This document shows, in pieces, positions 1-7,842 of a DNA stretch of 32,000 nt; the stretch's first letter is position 1; every line of letters begins with the position of its first letter. This stretch comes from Geobacter sulfurreducens PCA. Its GTDB lineage: Bacteria > Desulfobacterota > Desulfuromonadia > Geobacterales > Geobacteraceae. The DNA lies in assembly GCF_000007985.2 (NCBI RefSeq), contig NC_002939.5, positions 2,700,001 through 2,732,000 on the forward strand, written 5' to 3'. The position numbers were made by a program, and so were the translations under genes. The notes beneath the pieces are model-generated. The model worked only from the letters and a program-made list of their open reading frames with translations. It was not told the origin of the DNA and made no database searches.

Positions 1-59
1 TTTTGCAAACGAATTGCTCGCCGTTTACGCAGATACGGCAACTTGGCGGCAAAATCCGA

Positions 60-89
60 TTGACAAACCGGCCGGGGCTTCCGTATCCT
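60..89 (+). promoter_or_regulatory. candidate sigma70 promoter for the riboswitch-metX transcript
   Basis: TTGACA at 60-65, 18-nt spacer, TATCCT at 84-89, about 20 nt upstream of riboswitch P1. Sequence match only. Confidence 0.35.
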
Positions 90-110
90 TCACCAAAAGA
101 GAATAGTAGA

Positions 111-217
111 CCTTCTTATCAAGAGTGGTGGAGGGAAAGGCCCTGTGAAACCACAGCAACCGGTCCGGTAGCGGACGCCAGGTGCTAAATCCTGCCCGAA
201 AGGGAGCGATGAGAGGG
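111..217 (+). promoter_or_regulatory. SAM-I (S-box) riboswitch aptamer
   Basis: Matches the S-box core as I recall it: CCTTCTTATCAAGAGTGGTGGAGGGAAAGGCCCTGTGAAACCACAGCAACC ... GGTGCTAAATCCTGCC ... GATGAGAGGG. P1 is formed by CTTCTTATC and GATGAGAGG. It sits in the leader of a methionine biosynthesis gene. Confidence 0.85.
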
Positions 218-241
218 AGCTTGTGACCACCGACGCGTACA

Positions 242-280
242 GGCCCCTTCCCGTTTCCCGGGAGGGGGCCTTTCATTTTC
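242..280 (+). terminator. riboswitch expression-platform intrinsic terminator
   Basis: GGCCCCTTCCCG (242-253) pairs with CGGGAGGGGGCC (259-270) with one G-U pair, followed by TTTCATTTTC. It lies between the aptamer and the metX start. Confidence 0.7.
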
Positions 281-310
281 GCCGCCGCGCGCACGCGCCC
301 GTGGGGAATC

Positions 311-1417
311 ATGTCCGTCGGCATCGTCGAAGAACAATCCGTCACCTTCGAAACGGATCTCAGGCTGGAAAGCGGCCGGATACTGGGGCCCATCACCCTG
401 GCCTACGAGACCTACGGCCGGCTGAACGCCGACCGGTCCAACGCCATTCTGGTGGCCCACGCCTGGACCGGCAACGCCCATCTGGCGGGTAAATACAGCG
501 AAGACGATCCCAAGCCCGGCTGGTGGGACGCCATCGTCGGCCCGGGGCGGCTCCTGGACACCGACCGCTGGTTCGTCATCTGTTCCAACGTTATCGGTTC
601 CTGCTACGGCTCAACCGGCCCCGCGTCCGTCAACCCGAAGACCGGCAAGCGCTACAACCTCTCCTTTCCGGTCATCACCGTGCGGGACATGGTGCGGGCC
701 CAGGCCCTGCTGCTGGACCACCTGGGCATCGAGCGGCTCCTCACCGTCCTCGGCGGCAGCATGGGCGGGATGCAGGCCCTGGAGTGGGCCACCCAGTTCC
801 CGGACCGGGTCCGCTCGGCCATTGCCCTCGCCACCACGAGCCGCCCGTCGCCCCAGGCCATCTCCCTGAACGCCGTGGCCCGCTGGGCCATCTTCAACGA
901 TCCGTCCTGGAAAAAGGGTGAGTACCGGAAAAACCCCAAGGACGGCCTGGCGCTCGCCCGGGGCATCGGCCACATCACGTTCCTCTCCGACGAATCCATG
1001 TGGCAGAAGTTCGGCCGCCGCTATTCGGCCCGGGACGGCCTGTTCGACTTCTTCGGCCAGTTCGAGGTGGAACGCTACCTCACCTACAACGGCTACAACT
1101 TCGTGGACCGCTTCGACACCAACTCGTTCCTCTACCTGGCCAAGGCGCTGGATCTGTACGACGTGGCCTGGGGGTACGAGTCGCTGGAAGACGCGTTCAG
1201 CCGCGTCACGGCTCCGATCCAGTTCTTCGCCTTCACCTCCGACTGGCTCTACCCCCCCTACCAGACCGAAGAGATGGCCACCACGCTCCGGGCCCTGGGC
1301 AAGGAGGCCGAATACCACCTGATCCCGTCGGCCTACGGCCATGACGCCTTCCTCCTGGAGCACGAAACCTTCGCGCCCATGGTCCGGGACTTCCTGGCCC
1401 GCGTGGAGCGGGGCTAG
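311..1417 (+). CDS. metX: homoserine O-acetyltransferase
   Basis: 368-aa ORF. Alpha/beta-hydrolase MetX hallmarks: [13 protein letters not shown], nucleophile elbow GGSMGGMQ, C-terminal [10 protein letters not shown]. Sits downstream of the SAM riboswitch. Confidence 0.95.
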   Translation: MSVGIVEEQSVTFETDLRLESGRILGPITLAYETYGRLNADRSNAILVAHAWTGNAHLAGKYSEDDPKPGWWDAIVGPGRLLDTDRWFVICSNVIGSCYGSTGPASVNPKTGKRYNLSFPVITVRDMVRAQALLLDHLGIERLLTVLGGSMGGMQALEWATQFPDRVRSAIALATTSRPSPQAISLNAVARWAIFNDPSWKKGEYRKNPKDGLALARGIGHITFLSDESMWQKFGRRYSARDGLFDFFGQFEVERYLTYNGYNFVDRFDTNSFLYLAKALDLYDVAWGYESLEDAFSRVTAPIQFFAFTSDWLYPPYQTEEMATTLRALGKEAEYHLIPSAYGHDAFLLEHETFAPMVRDFLARVERG

Positions 1418-1429
1418 GCCTCCGCACAC

Positions 1430-1458
1430 AAAAAAACCCGGCGATCGTCCGCCGGGTT
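1430..1458. terminator. bidirectional intrinsic terminator between convergent metX and the glycosyltransferase gene
   Basis: ACCCGGCG (1436-1443), loop ATCGTC, CGCCGGGT (1450-1457). An A7 tract on the + strand gives a U7 tail for the minus-strand transcript; only TT follows on the + side. Confidence 0.7.
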
Positions 1459-1462
1459 CCAC

Positions 1463-2487
1463 TCACGCGCCGGTGATCCGCCGGTAGAGCTCCAGGTAGG
1501 CCTCCGCCTCCCGTCCCGGGGAAAAACGCTCCCGCACCAGTTCCCGTCCCTGTTCGCCGAGGCGCCGTCCCAGGGCGGGATTGCGGAGCAGATCCCGGGC
1601 CCGGTCCAGGAATTCCCGCTCGCCCCGGAACAGGAAACCGGTGGTTCCCTCCTTCACTACTGAGCGGTTGCCGTCGATGTACGACGCCAGCACGGGCTTG
1701 CCGAAAGCCAGAGCCTCCAGGACGCTGTTCGCCATCCCCCCCTCGAAGGTCGAGCTGTTGATGACCGCGTCTGCCCGGCGGAACAGGGCGCCGATGGCGT
1801 CACGCCCCACTTCGCCCAGGTAGCGGGCAAAGGGATGGCAGTCGATGGCCTCAAGGGTTGCGGCGCCGTACTCCCGGTCCAGGACCGGCCCGGCCAGCAG
1901 AAAGCGGACCCGCGGCTCCTCCCGGTGGAGCTCCGCCAGGGGGCCGAGGGCAAAGGCCGCATTCTTGACCGGCCGCAGCCCCGCCGGCAGAAAGAAGACG
2001 AACTCGCCCCTGTCGAACCGCTCGTTTCCCCAATCGAACTCTTCCCCGGGCAGTTCCACCCCCTGGGGGATGACAGCCATCGTTTCGGCCAGGGATGGAT
2101 GATGATCAAGCACCCGGCACCGGACGCACTTGTGGAACGCCGCCACCGCGGCGGCATCGCGCAGGACCGCCAGGGTATCCCGGCGCCGGGTGTCCTCCAG
2201 CGCTTCATACACGTCCGAACCGGTCAGGGTGATCAGGTAGGGGATGCCCGTGGCCCGGCCGGCCTCCCGGGCCACGCCGGCCCCCCCAGATAGGCGTGCA
2301 GGGCGTGAATCAGGTCCGGCGGATCGGCCGTGATGCGCCGCAGGATATCCTCCGCGGGCGCGGCGTCAAGGGAGTGAACGGTCACCGCGTGCCCCGCGGC
2401 CCGGAGCTGTCGCTCGATCCGCCTGGCGGTGACGGCATTCCCCCGGGCAGGGGGATGGTAATAGGGGGTAATCAGAGTAATCTTCAT
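1463..2487 (-). pseudogene. GT-B (family 4-like) glycosyltransferase, frameshifted in a homopolymer
   Basis: Two minus-strand ORFs in different frames. The N-terminal part starts MKITLITPYYHPPARGNAVTA at ATG 2487 with a GGAGGGAAGGGAG RBS. The C-terminal part (1463-2275) carries FEGGMANSVLEALAFGKPVL. Adding one G to the G7 run (C7 on + at 2281-2287) gives a continuous ...HALHAYLGGAGVAREAGRATGIPYLITLTGSD. Confidence 0.8.
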
Positions 2488-2615
2488 CCGGTGCTCCCTT
2501 CCCTCCGCAGGGGGCCGATGGTAGCCCGAACCGGTGGCGGACGCAAGGACAAAGACCCTTGCGGGGCCGCTTCCGCTCATGGTATCGTGGCCCAACTCGC
2601 AGGGAGACCCACCCC

Positions 2616-3371
2616 ATGAAGATTACCATACTCGGCAGCGGCACCTCCACCGGCGTTCCCATGGTGGGATGCACCTGTTCCGTCTGTTCGTCGACCGACC
2701 CGCGCGACAAGAGGACCCGCGCCTCCCTCCTCATCGAAGCGGCCGGCCGCTACATCCTGGTGGACACATCCCCCGACCTGCGGCGCCAGGCCCTGCGGGA
2801 ACACATCCCCCACATCGACGCGGTGCTCCTGACCCACTCCCACGCCGACCACGTGAACGGCATCGACGACCTGCGCGGGTTCCACTTCATCCACCGGCGC
2901 GTGATCCCCTGCTACGGCAACCGCGAGACCATGGACGCAGTGCTGCGCAATTTCTCCTACATCTTCAAGGGAATGGAAGCGGCCGGCTATGCGCCGCTGC
3001 TGGACCCCCACGTGATCCACGATCCGTTCGCCCTGTTCGGCCGGACCATCGTCCCCATCCACCTCCACCATGGCACCATGCCCGCCACGGGCTACCGGAT
3101 CGACGGTGCGGCCTACCTGACCGATTGCAGCCGCATCCCCGAATCATCCCTGGCGCTGCTGGGGGGGCTCGACCTGCTGGTGATCGATGCGCTCCGCTAC
3201 ACCCCCCACGAGAACCACTTCAACATCGATGGTGCGCTCGGGGTAGTCGCGGAGCTGCGCCCCAAGCGGACGATCTTCACCCACCTGACCCACGAAGTGG
3301 CCTACGCCGACGGCATTCGGCTGCCGGAAGGGGTGGAGTTTGCCTACGACGGGATGACCGTCTCGCTCTAA
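2616..3371 (+). CDS. MBL-fold metallo-hydrolase (PhnP-like phosphodiesterase family)
   Basis: MKITILGSGTSTGVP start, HxHxDH motif (LLTHSHADHVNG), RBS AGGGAGA at 2601-2607 upstream of ATG 2616. The longer track start at 2559 has no RBS. Confidence 0.9.
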   Translation: MKITILGSGTSTGVPMVGCTCSVCSSTDPRDKRTRASLLIEAAGRYILVDTSPDLRRQALREHIPHIDAVLLTHSHADHVNGIDDLRGFHFIHRRVIPCYGNRETMDAVLRNFSYIFKGMEAAGYAPLLDPHVIHDPFALFGRTIVPIHLHHGTMPATGYRIDGAAYLTDCSRIPESSLALLGGLDLLVIDALRYTPHENHFNIDGALGVVAELRPKRTIFTHLTHEVAYADGIRLPEGVEFAYDGMTVSL

Positions 3372-3395
3372 GTTGTCCGCCCCAGCGTATCGTCA

Positions 3396-3424
3396 TTGAA
3401 AAACCCGTGATTTGTCGATATAAG
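3396..3424 (+). promoter_or_regulatory. candidate sigma70 promoter of the 614-aa ORF
   Basis: TTGAAA (3396-3401), 17-nt spacer, TATAAG (3419-3424), about 50 nt upstream of ATG 3475. Confidence 0.45.
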
Positions 3425-3474
3425 AGCTTATTCGCGAACACGCTCCGAGCGACGCATCTCCGGACAGGGCAGCC

Positions 3475-5319
3475 ATGCACAGAGACATTCGCCTCCACGG
3501 CCAGATAGACGAACGGATCGAGTACTACGCCATCGTGGCGGGAGACGACTCGCACCAGCGCTACTTCTTCAACGCCGCGGAGGGGCCGGGGAGAGAGCTT
3601 CGCTTCTTTGCGCCCGGCAACGAATTCGTCCTGGGCCCGGGGGGCATCAGGCACGAGGGGAACGGCGGCTCCTTCTGCGAGTACATGTTCGGCGTGGACC
3701 AGCCGGTGCCGGACCTGGCCAAGGGCGACGTCATCAACCGGCTCGTCATGTACGGCGCCCGCATGGAGGAGGAGAGCGGCAACCTCATCTTCGACGACCG
3801 CACCGGCGGCCAGCTCGGCTTCGAAAAGATGTTTTTCGAAGGCAACGCCGTGGTCAACTACTTCTTCTTCATCTCCTCGGCCCGGGTGACCGGTCCCCTG
3901 AGACGGCAGCAGGAATCCATCGTCAGGACCATCGGCAAGACCCTCAAGCGCTCCGCCGCCGTAGGGGAGCAGGACGAAAACGCCCTCATCGCCGAGGTGC
4001 TGGCCCTCCTGAGCGATCCCACTGCCCTGTTCTTCCTCTTCAAGCTGATCAACGTCCACCACCGGGAGTACCACGACACCTTCCGGCGGCTCTACTTCAG
4101 GAACAAGAAGATCGCCGACGACGACTTCGCCATGCTCACCGCCGTTGCCGCGCGTCACGACATCGACCGCTACCAGCAGGAGCGGATCAGGATCGATGTC
4201 ATGTACAAGCACCCGGCCAACCGCCGGATCGTGGACGAGTACAAAAACATCCTGATCGGCTGCCACCGCAAGGGGGAGATCAGCCGGCTCGAAAACGCCC
4301 GGCTCACGCGGCTCAAGACCCTGTCGGTCCGCAACAAGATCCCGGGCGCGCTCTTCTACACCCTCGACGAAGTCCTGAAAAACGACAAGAAACTGGTGGC
4401 GCCCGAGGAGCAGGACTATCTCTCCGATATCCGCCAGATTCTCGAAGGAATCTTCCTGACCGAACGGGACATCGAGAGTTCCATCGACCGCGAGGACATG
4501 GCCCGGCTCCTCTTCGCCAAGAAGAAGGCCGCCGAAAACCGTGACCACGCCTTCGAGGAACTACTGCTGGACGCCAGCCGACTCTGCGACGAAAAGATGC
4601 GCGACGGCGCCGAACTGGCCATCATCGAGGGCTTTTCCTACCTGATCACCTTTTTCGACCGTTACGACACCACCTCCCAGGCCGTCAACCAGCTGGCCTT
4701 CATGGAAAACGTCCGGATCACCGAAGAGATGATCCGCAGCCTGCTGGGCAACAAGACCGCCTTCGACTCGCTTCGGGACGGCCTGTTCGACGAGCTCTTC
4801 ATCGCAGGACTCCTGGAAAACAAGTACCTGGGACGCTACGGCCGGATGAAGATCACCAACCTGCGGCGCGGCCTGGCGGAAATCGAGCTGAACCGGCTCA
4901 CGGTGGCCGCCCTGATGGAGCAGCTGCTGACCATCGACCGGGAGGAGCGCCTGGCGATCCTGCTCCTGTCCCACGTGCGGGACCGCATCCGGAACTTCTA
5001 CTCGAAGTACACCACCAAGGCCGATCAGCAGGCCCTCAGGCGCGAGGTGAACGAAGAGCTGATCGCCAAGAAGCTCGTCGACGGTAACGTCCCGGACCGG
5101 CTTTTCGACGAAACCATCCTCACCATCCAGAAGGAAGCGGTCTACCTCCACGGCCTCCTCCCCCGCATCATTGCCGACCGGGACATTGCCCTGCGCGAAG
5201 ACTTCCTGGAAAACTCGGGCCTCGACCGCTTCTACGTTGAGGAACTGGAGCGGGAGTACTTCGAGCTGAACGAGCTGGATCTGGAGGAGCTGTACCAGAT
5301 CAGGAAGGGTTTGAGTTAG
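3475..5319 (+). CDS. conserved hypothetical protein, 614 aa, with a mixed N-terminal domain and a long helical C-terminal region
   Basis: Long uninterrupted ORF with host-like GC. I recognise no catalytic motif. The antisense ORFs overlapping it are low-complexity shadows. Confidence 0.8.
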   Translation: MHRDIRLHGQIDERIEYYAIVAGDDSHQRYFFNAAEGPGRELRFFAPGNEFVLGPGGIRHEGNGGSFCEYMFGVDQPVPDLAKGDVINRLVMYGARMEEESGNLIFDDRTGGQLGFEKMFFEGNAVVNYFFFISSARVTGPLRRQQESIVRTIGKTLKRSAAVGEQDENALIAEVLALLSDPTALFFLFKLINVHHREYHDTFRRLYFRNKKIADDDFAMLTAVAARHDIDRYQQERIRIDVMYKHPANRRIVDEYKNILIGCHRKGEISRLENARLTRLKTLSVRNKIPGALFYTLDEVLKNDKKLVAPEEQDYLSDIRQILEGIFLTERDIESSIDREDMARLLFAKKKAAENRDHAFEELLLDASRLCDEKMRDGAELAIIEGFSYLITFFDRYDTTSQAVNQLAFMENVRITEEMIRSLLGNKTAFDSLRDGLFDELFIAGLLENKYLGRYGRMKITNLRRGLAEIELNRLTVAALMEQLLTIDREERLAILLLSHVRDRIRNFYSKYTTKADQQALRREVNEELIAKKLVDGNVPDRLFDETILTIQKEAVYLHGLLPRIIADRDIALREDFLENSGLDRFYVEELEREYFELNELDLEELYQIRKGLS

Positions 5320-5334
5320 GCCGCCCACGCGCAA

Positions 5335-6711
5335 TCAGAAATCCAGCGGGCTTCGCGCCTCCTTCACGGTCCTGACCGGAACACAATGGGTATAAATCAT
5401 TGTCGTTTTCAGGCTGGCATGCCCCAGCTTGGTCTGGATGGTGCGGATATCGTAATTGGCCTGCAGCAGGTGCGTCGCGTAGGAGTGGCGGAAGGTATGG
5501 GCCGTAACCCGCTTGGGGATCTTTGCCTTGCGGACGGCCAGGTAGAGCGCCTTCTGCAAGAGTGACTCATGGACATGCGCCCGCCTGAGCTGCCCGTTCG
5601 CCTCCACCGGCGTCAGATCCTTTTGCGGAAAGAACCATTGATGAATCAGCTCCTTCGGCGCTTTGGGGTATTTTTTCTCCATAGCATCATCGAGGAACAC
5701 ACCGTCATACCCCTGCTCCAGATCCTTTTCATGCAACTCCTTCACCCGCCGCATCTGCCGCTGCAAATCATTCAGGATAGACTCCGGCAGCGGCAGAGTC
5801 CGATCCTTCTTCCCCTTGCCGTGGACCGTAAGGATACCCGCATCGAAGTTGAAATCCCGAACCCGCAGCTGCAGACACTCGAACAGCCGCAGCCCGCAGC
5901 CGAACAGGAGTTTCACGATCAGGCCATGGGGGTGATAGAGGTGGGCAAGGATAGCGTCGATCTCTGCACGGGACAGCACCACCGGCACATAGAGCGACTT
6001 CTTGGCGCGCGGCACGTCCCTCAGTTCGCCGAAATCCCGCTTCAGGGCATGGCGGAACAGAAACAGCAGCGAGTTGAACGCCTGATTTTGCGTAGAGGCG
6101 GCCACATTACACTTCACCGCCAGCCAGGTTAGATACTCTTTCACATCCGCGGTTGTCAGCTCCACTGGAGGCTTGTTCTTCAAAAAGCGCTGGAATTGAC
6201 GGCACCACTTGGCGTAGGTCTGCAATGTTTTCCTGGAATAATGCCTGACCTTGATTTCCGCTGCCAGCTTCGCCATAACCTCATCCCATTCAGGAGAGTC
6301 GGATTTTTCCTGGTAGCCAGCGACGTTATAGAAAGAGTGCCGCGGGGGAACAGGAGGAGAGTCGGGCGGCACGTCAGCCGAACCTTCCGACTGCTGCGCC
6401 ATCGGTTGTGCGGACGGGGCTGAGGACACCGGCAACGTGTCACTGGCGCCACCCTTCAGCATGACGAAATACAAAGATACCGCCTGACTGGCCTGCTGCC
6501 GCTTCTGCTCAGACTGTCCTTTTTGCTGCAACTTGTTCAGGAAGAGATCGATTCTCTCCGGCTCGCTTCCCGTAACATGATACTTTTCACAGAAATCGAG
6601 AAAGTAGCGCAGCCATTTCAGATAGTCGGCAAAATCAGCGACCGCGATTCCGCAGTTGTTGTAAAAAGAACGGTATTGCCTGAACAGATGGTGCGGCAGT
6701 AAAATCATCAC
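5335..6711 (-). CDS. intI: integron integrase (tyrosine recombinase IntI) with an approximately 145-aa N-terminal extension
   Basis: LQLRVRDFNFDAGILTVHGKGKKDRTLPLPESI; IntI-specific insertion AMEKKYPKAPKELIHQWFFPQKDL..RRAHVHESLLQKA; catalytic AHTFRHSYATHLL..DIRTIQTKLGHASLKTTMIYTH; C-terminal ARSPLDF. Good SD (GAGGA) 6 nt before ATG 6711. An IntI1-length protein would start at Met146 (6276). Confidence 0.93.
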   Translation of the reverse strand: MMILLPHHLFRQYRSFYNNCGIAVADFADYLKWLRYFLDFCEKYHVTGSEPERIDLFLNKLQQKGQSEQKRQQASQAVSLYFVMLKGGASDTLPVSSAPSAQPMAQQSEGSADVPPDSPPVPPRHSFYNVAGYQEKSDSPEWDEVMAKLAAEIKVRHYSRKTLQTYAKWCRQFQRFLKNKPPVELTTADVKEYLTWLAVKCNVAASTQNQAFNSLLFLFRHALKRDFGELRDVPRAKKSLYVPVVLSRAEIDAILAHLYHPHGLIVKLLFGCGLRLFECLQLRVRDFNFDAGILTVHGKGKKDRTLPLPESILNDLQRQMRRVKELHEKDLEQGYDGVFLDDAMEKKYPKAPKELIHQWFFPQKDLTPVEANGQLRRAHVHESLLQKALYLAVRKAKIPKRVTAHTFRHSYATHLLQANYDIRTIQTKLGHASLKTTMIYTHCVPVRTVKEARSPLDF

Positions 6712-6788
6712 AATTCCTCAGAATTTTTAATTTAAGTTCTATCAAAGAATGCGTATAGTTGGCGACATATTTTCGATGCGGGTGACCA

Positions 6789-7139
6789 ATGAAAACACGC
6801 TTGACCCTGAAACCCGGGCAGCACGGCACAAAATCTCTGATAAAGAAATACGGCGACGCACTGGTATGCGTAAGATTTCGTTATGATCCGGAAACGAAGC
6901 AACGCCTGAAGACCGTAGAACTCATTGTCGAGCGGAGTGACTGGACCCCGCCGCCACCCCGCTTCACAAACGACACGCTTGTCCCGTTACGGGTAAAAGC
7001 CACCGACGTGGCAATCCGCAATCAGGTAAAAGCAGTCGGTGGACGTTGGAACCCGGAAAAAAAGTTATGGTTTGTCACCTACGGCAACATAGTCGGTACT
7101 CCGCTGGAAAAGCATATAGATGTAGATGGATTCGGATAA
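6789..7139 (+). CDS. small hypothetical protein between intI and the first recombination point; C-terminal GGRWNPEKKLWFV motif (DUF5710-like)
   Basis: 116-aa ORF with GGGTGA 5 nt upstream of the ATG. The C-terminal half resembles the x-R-W-D/N-x3-K-x-W-F/Y-V module seen at the termini of plasmid primase/topoisomerase-type proteins (from memory). Its last codons are encoded by the first 16-mer repeat. Confidence 0.6.
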   Translation: MKTRLTLKPGQHGTKSLIKKYGDALVCVRFRYDPETKQRLKTVELIVERSDWTPPPPRFTNDTLVPLRVKATDVAIRNQVKAVGGRWNPEKKLWFVTYGNIVGTPLEKHIDVDGFG

Positions 7140-7237
7140 GGATAACCCTCGACTCCATCTATATCTATATAGGCAAGCCCCATATAGATGTAGATGCTTC
7201 CATCTACATGTACTTGGTTCTATATATTTGTAGATAG
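7113..7237. repeat. array of five alternately oriented copies of a 13-16 bp motif (CATATAGATGTAGATG)
   Basis: Perfect direct copies at 7113-7128 and 7181-7196. Inverted copies are CATCTATATCTATAT (7156-7170, 1 mismatch) and CATCTACATGTAC (7201-7213). A degenerate direct copy TATATATTTGTAGATAG is at 7221-7237. The second pair forms ATGTAGATG-cttc-CATCTACAT. Confidence 0.9.
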
Positions 7238-7240
7238 CAC

Positions 7241-7268
7241 ACCCTAACGGGTGATTTACGAGTTGAAT
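7241..7268 (+). other. candidate attI simple site (CCCTAAC ... G|TTGAAT)
   Basis: GTTGAAT (7262-7268) fits GTTRRRY and is the exact complement of the R'' (ATTCAAC) of the next attC, which marks the start of cassette A. A CCCTAAC L-box-like element lies 15 nt upstream. No attC-like arms precede it. Confidence 0.45.
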
Positions 7269-7291
7269 GATTAAAAACGGAGAAACAAGAA

Positions 7292-7819
7292 ATGAACTGG
7301 AAATCATTTGCCTTCGGGTTTGTTGCTGGAGTGGCTCTCCTTTCTGCCATTAGCCACTGGAGAGCAAGACCGCAAAATGTTATCGCTTCCTGGCCAGATG
7401 ATGACAACAAAAAAGGAATGCAGATGATGGCGCCATGGGTGACAGAGGCGAGAGTAGGAAGGCTTGGCCCTTTCGTTGCGATGGTTCCAAATAAATTTGA
7501 TGCCAGCCCGGAAGCATTACTTCAACCAGTAAAAGCGAAAAGTCCATGGATTTACGTCAAAGGCGAGGAAGTAATGATTCACGACAGCAAGAAAAGGGCA
7601 ATTTCCATCGATTTCAATGCGTCAAACGGAGAATTTAGTTCTTACACCTTTCATCCTGACTTGACCACTGCAACAGGTCAAAGTTTCACGGATAAAAACC
7701 TGACAGGTGTCATGGAAAAATTTGAGCCCCAAGTGAAGAAGAAGTTAACATTCAACCAGGAAGAAGCAGCGGCCTATAAACCGCCGCTGTTCTCCCGGCC
7801 CGTTAGGCAAAAAGAATGA
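7292..7819 (+). CDS. cassette A protein: N-terminally membrane-anchored or secreted, unknown function
   Basis: 175-aa ORF, one hydrophobic segment (WKSFAFGFVAGVALLSAISHW), GGAG upstream. The ORF reads through attC1 and stops 15 nt into the next cassette. Confidence 0.65.
   Translation: MNWKSFAFGFVAGVALLSAISHWRARPQNVIASWPDDDNKKGMQMMAPWVTEARVGRLGPFVAMVPNKFDASPEALLQPVKAKSPWIYVKGEEVMIHDSKKRAISIDFNASNGEFSSYTFHPDLTTATGQSFTDKNLTGVMEKFEPQVKKKLTFNQEEAAAYKPPLFSRPVRQKE
7750..7808 (+). other. attC site 1 (59 bp)
   Basis: R'' ATTCAAC, L''/L' palindrome AGCAGCGGC / GCCGCTGT, R' GTTAGGC. The 3' arm is nearly identical to that of attC2. Confidence 0.8.
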
Positions 7820-7842
7820 ATGACATGACTCAGGGAGGTGAC

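Noticed and set aside
2559-2615. Longer N-terminus of the MBL hydrolase (track start 2559).
   Set aside because: No RBS, and the peptide is arginine-rich and non-homologous looking. ATG 2616 has an AGGGAGA SD and gives the canonical MKITILGSG start.
5315-5321. GTTAGGC, identical to the attC R' cores, overlapping the stop codon of the 614-aa ORF just outside the intI 3' end. It could be a secondary integration site marking how the integron arrived.
   Set aside because: A 7-mer is expected a few times by chance in 32 kb on two strands (GTTAGGT also occurs near 30312). No attC-like arms or matching repeat exist at the right island border.
6712-6788. Looked for a canonical attI core, a LexA box (both CTGT-N8-ACAG and GGTT-N2-C-N4-G-N3-ACC types) and a Pc promoter directly upstream of intI.
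   Set aside because: Only near-misses were found (GTTGGCG, GTTCTAT; a weak TTTAAG-N17-TATAGT). None is convincing enough to annotate.
7221-7236. TATATATTTG shared between the last repeat of the attI-region array (7221-7230) and the vapB promoter region (11638-11647).
   Set aside because: This is a short AT-only match inside AT-rich DNA and the flanks diverge. It is most likely chance or generic promoter-like sequence.
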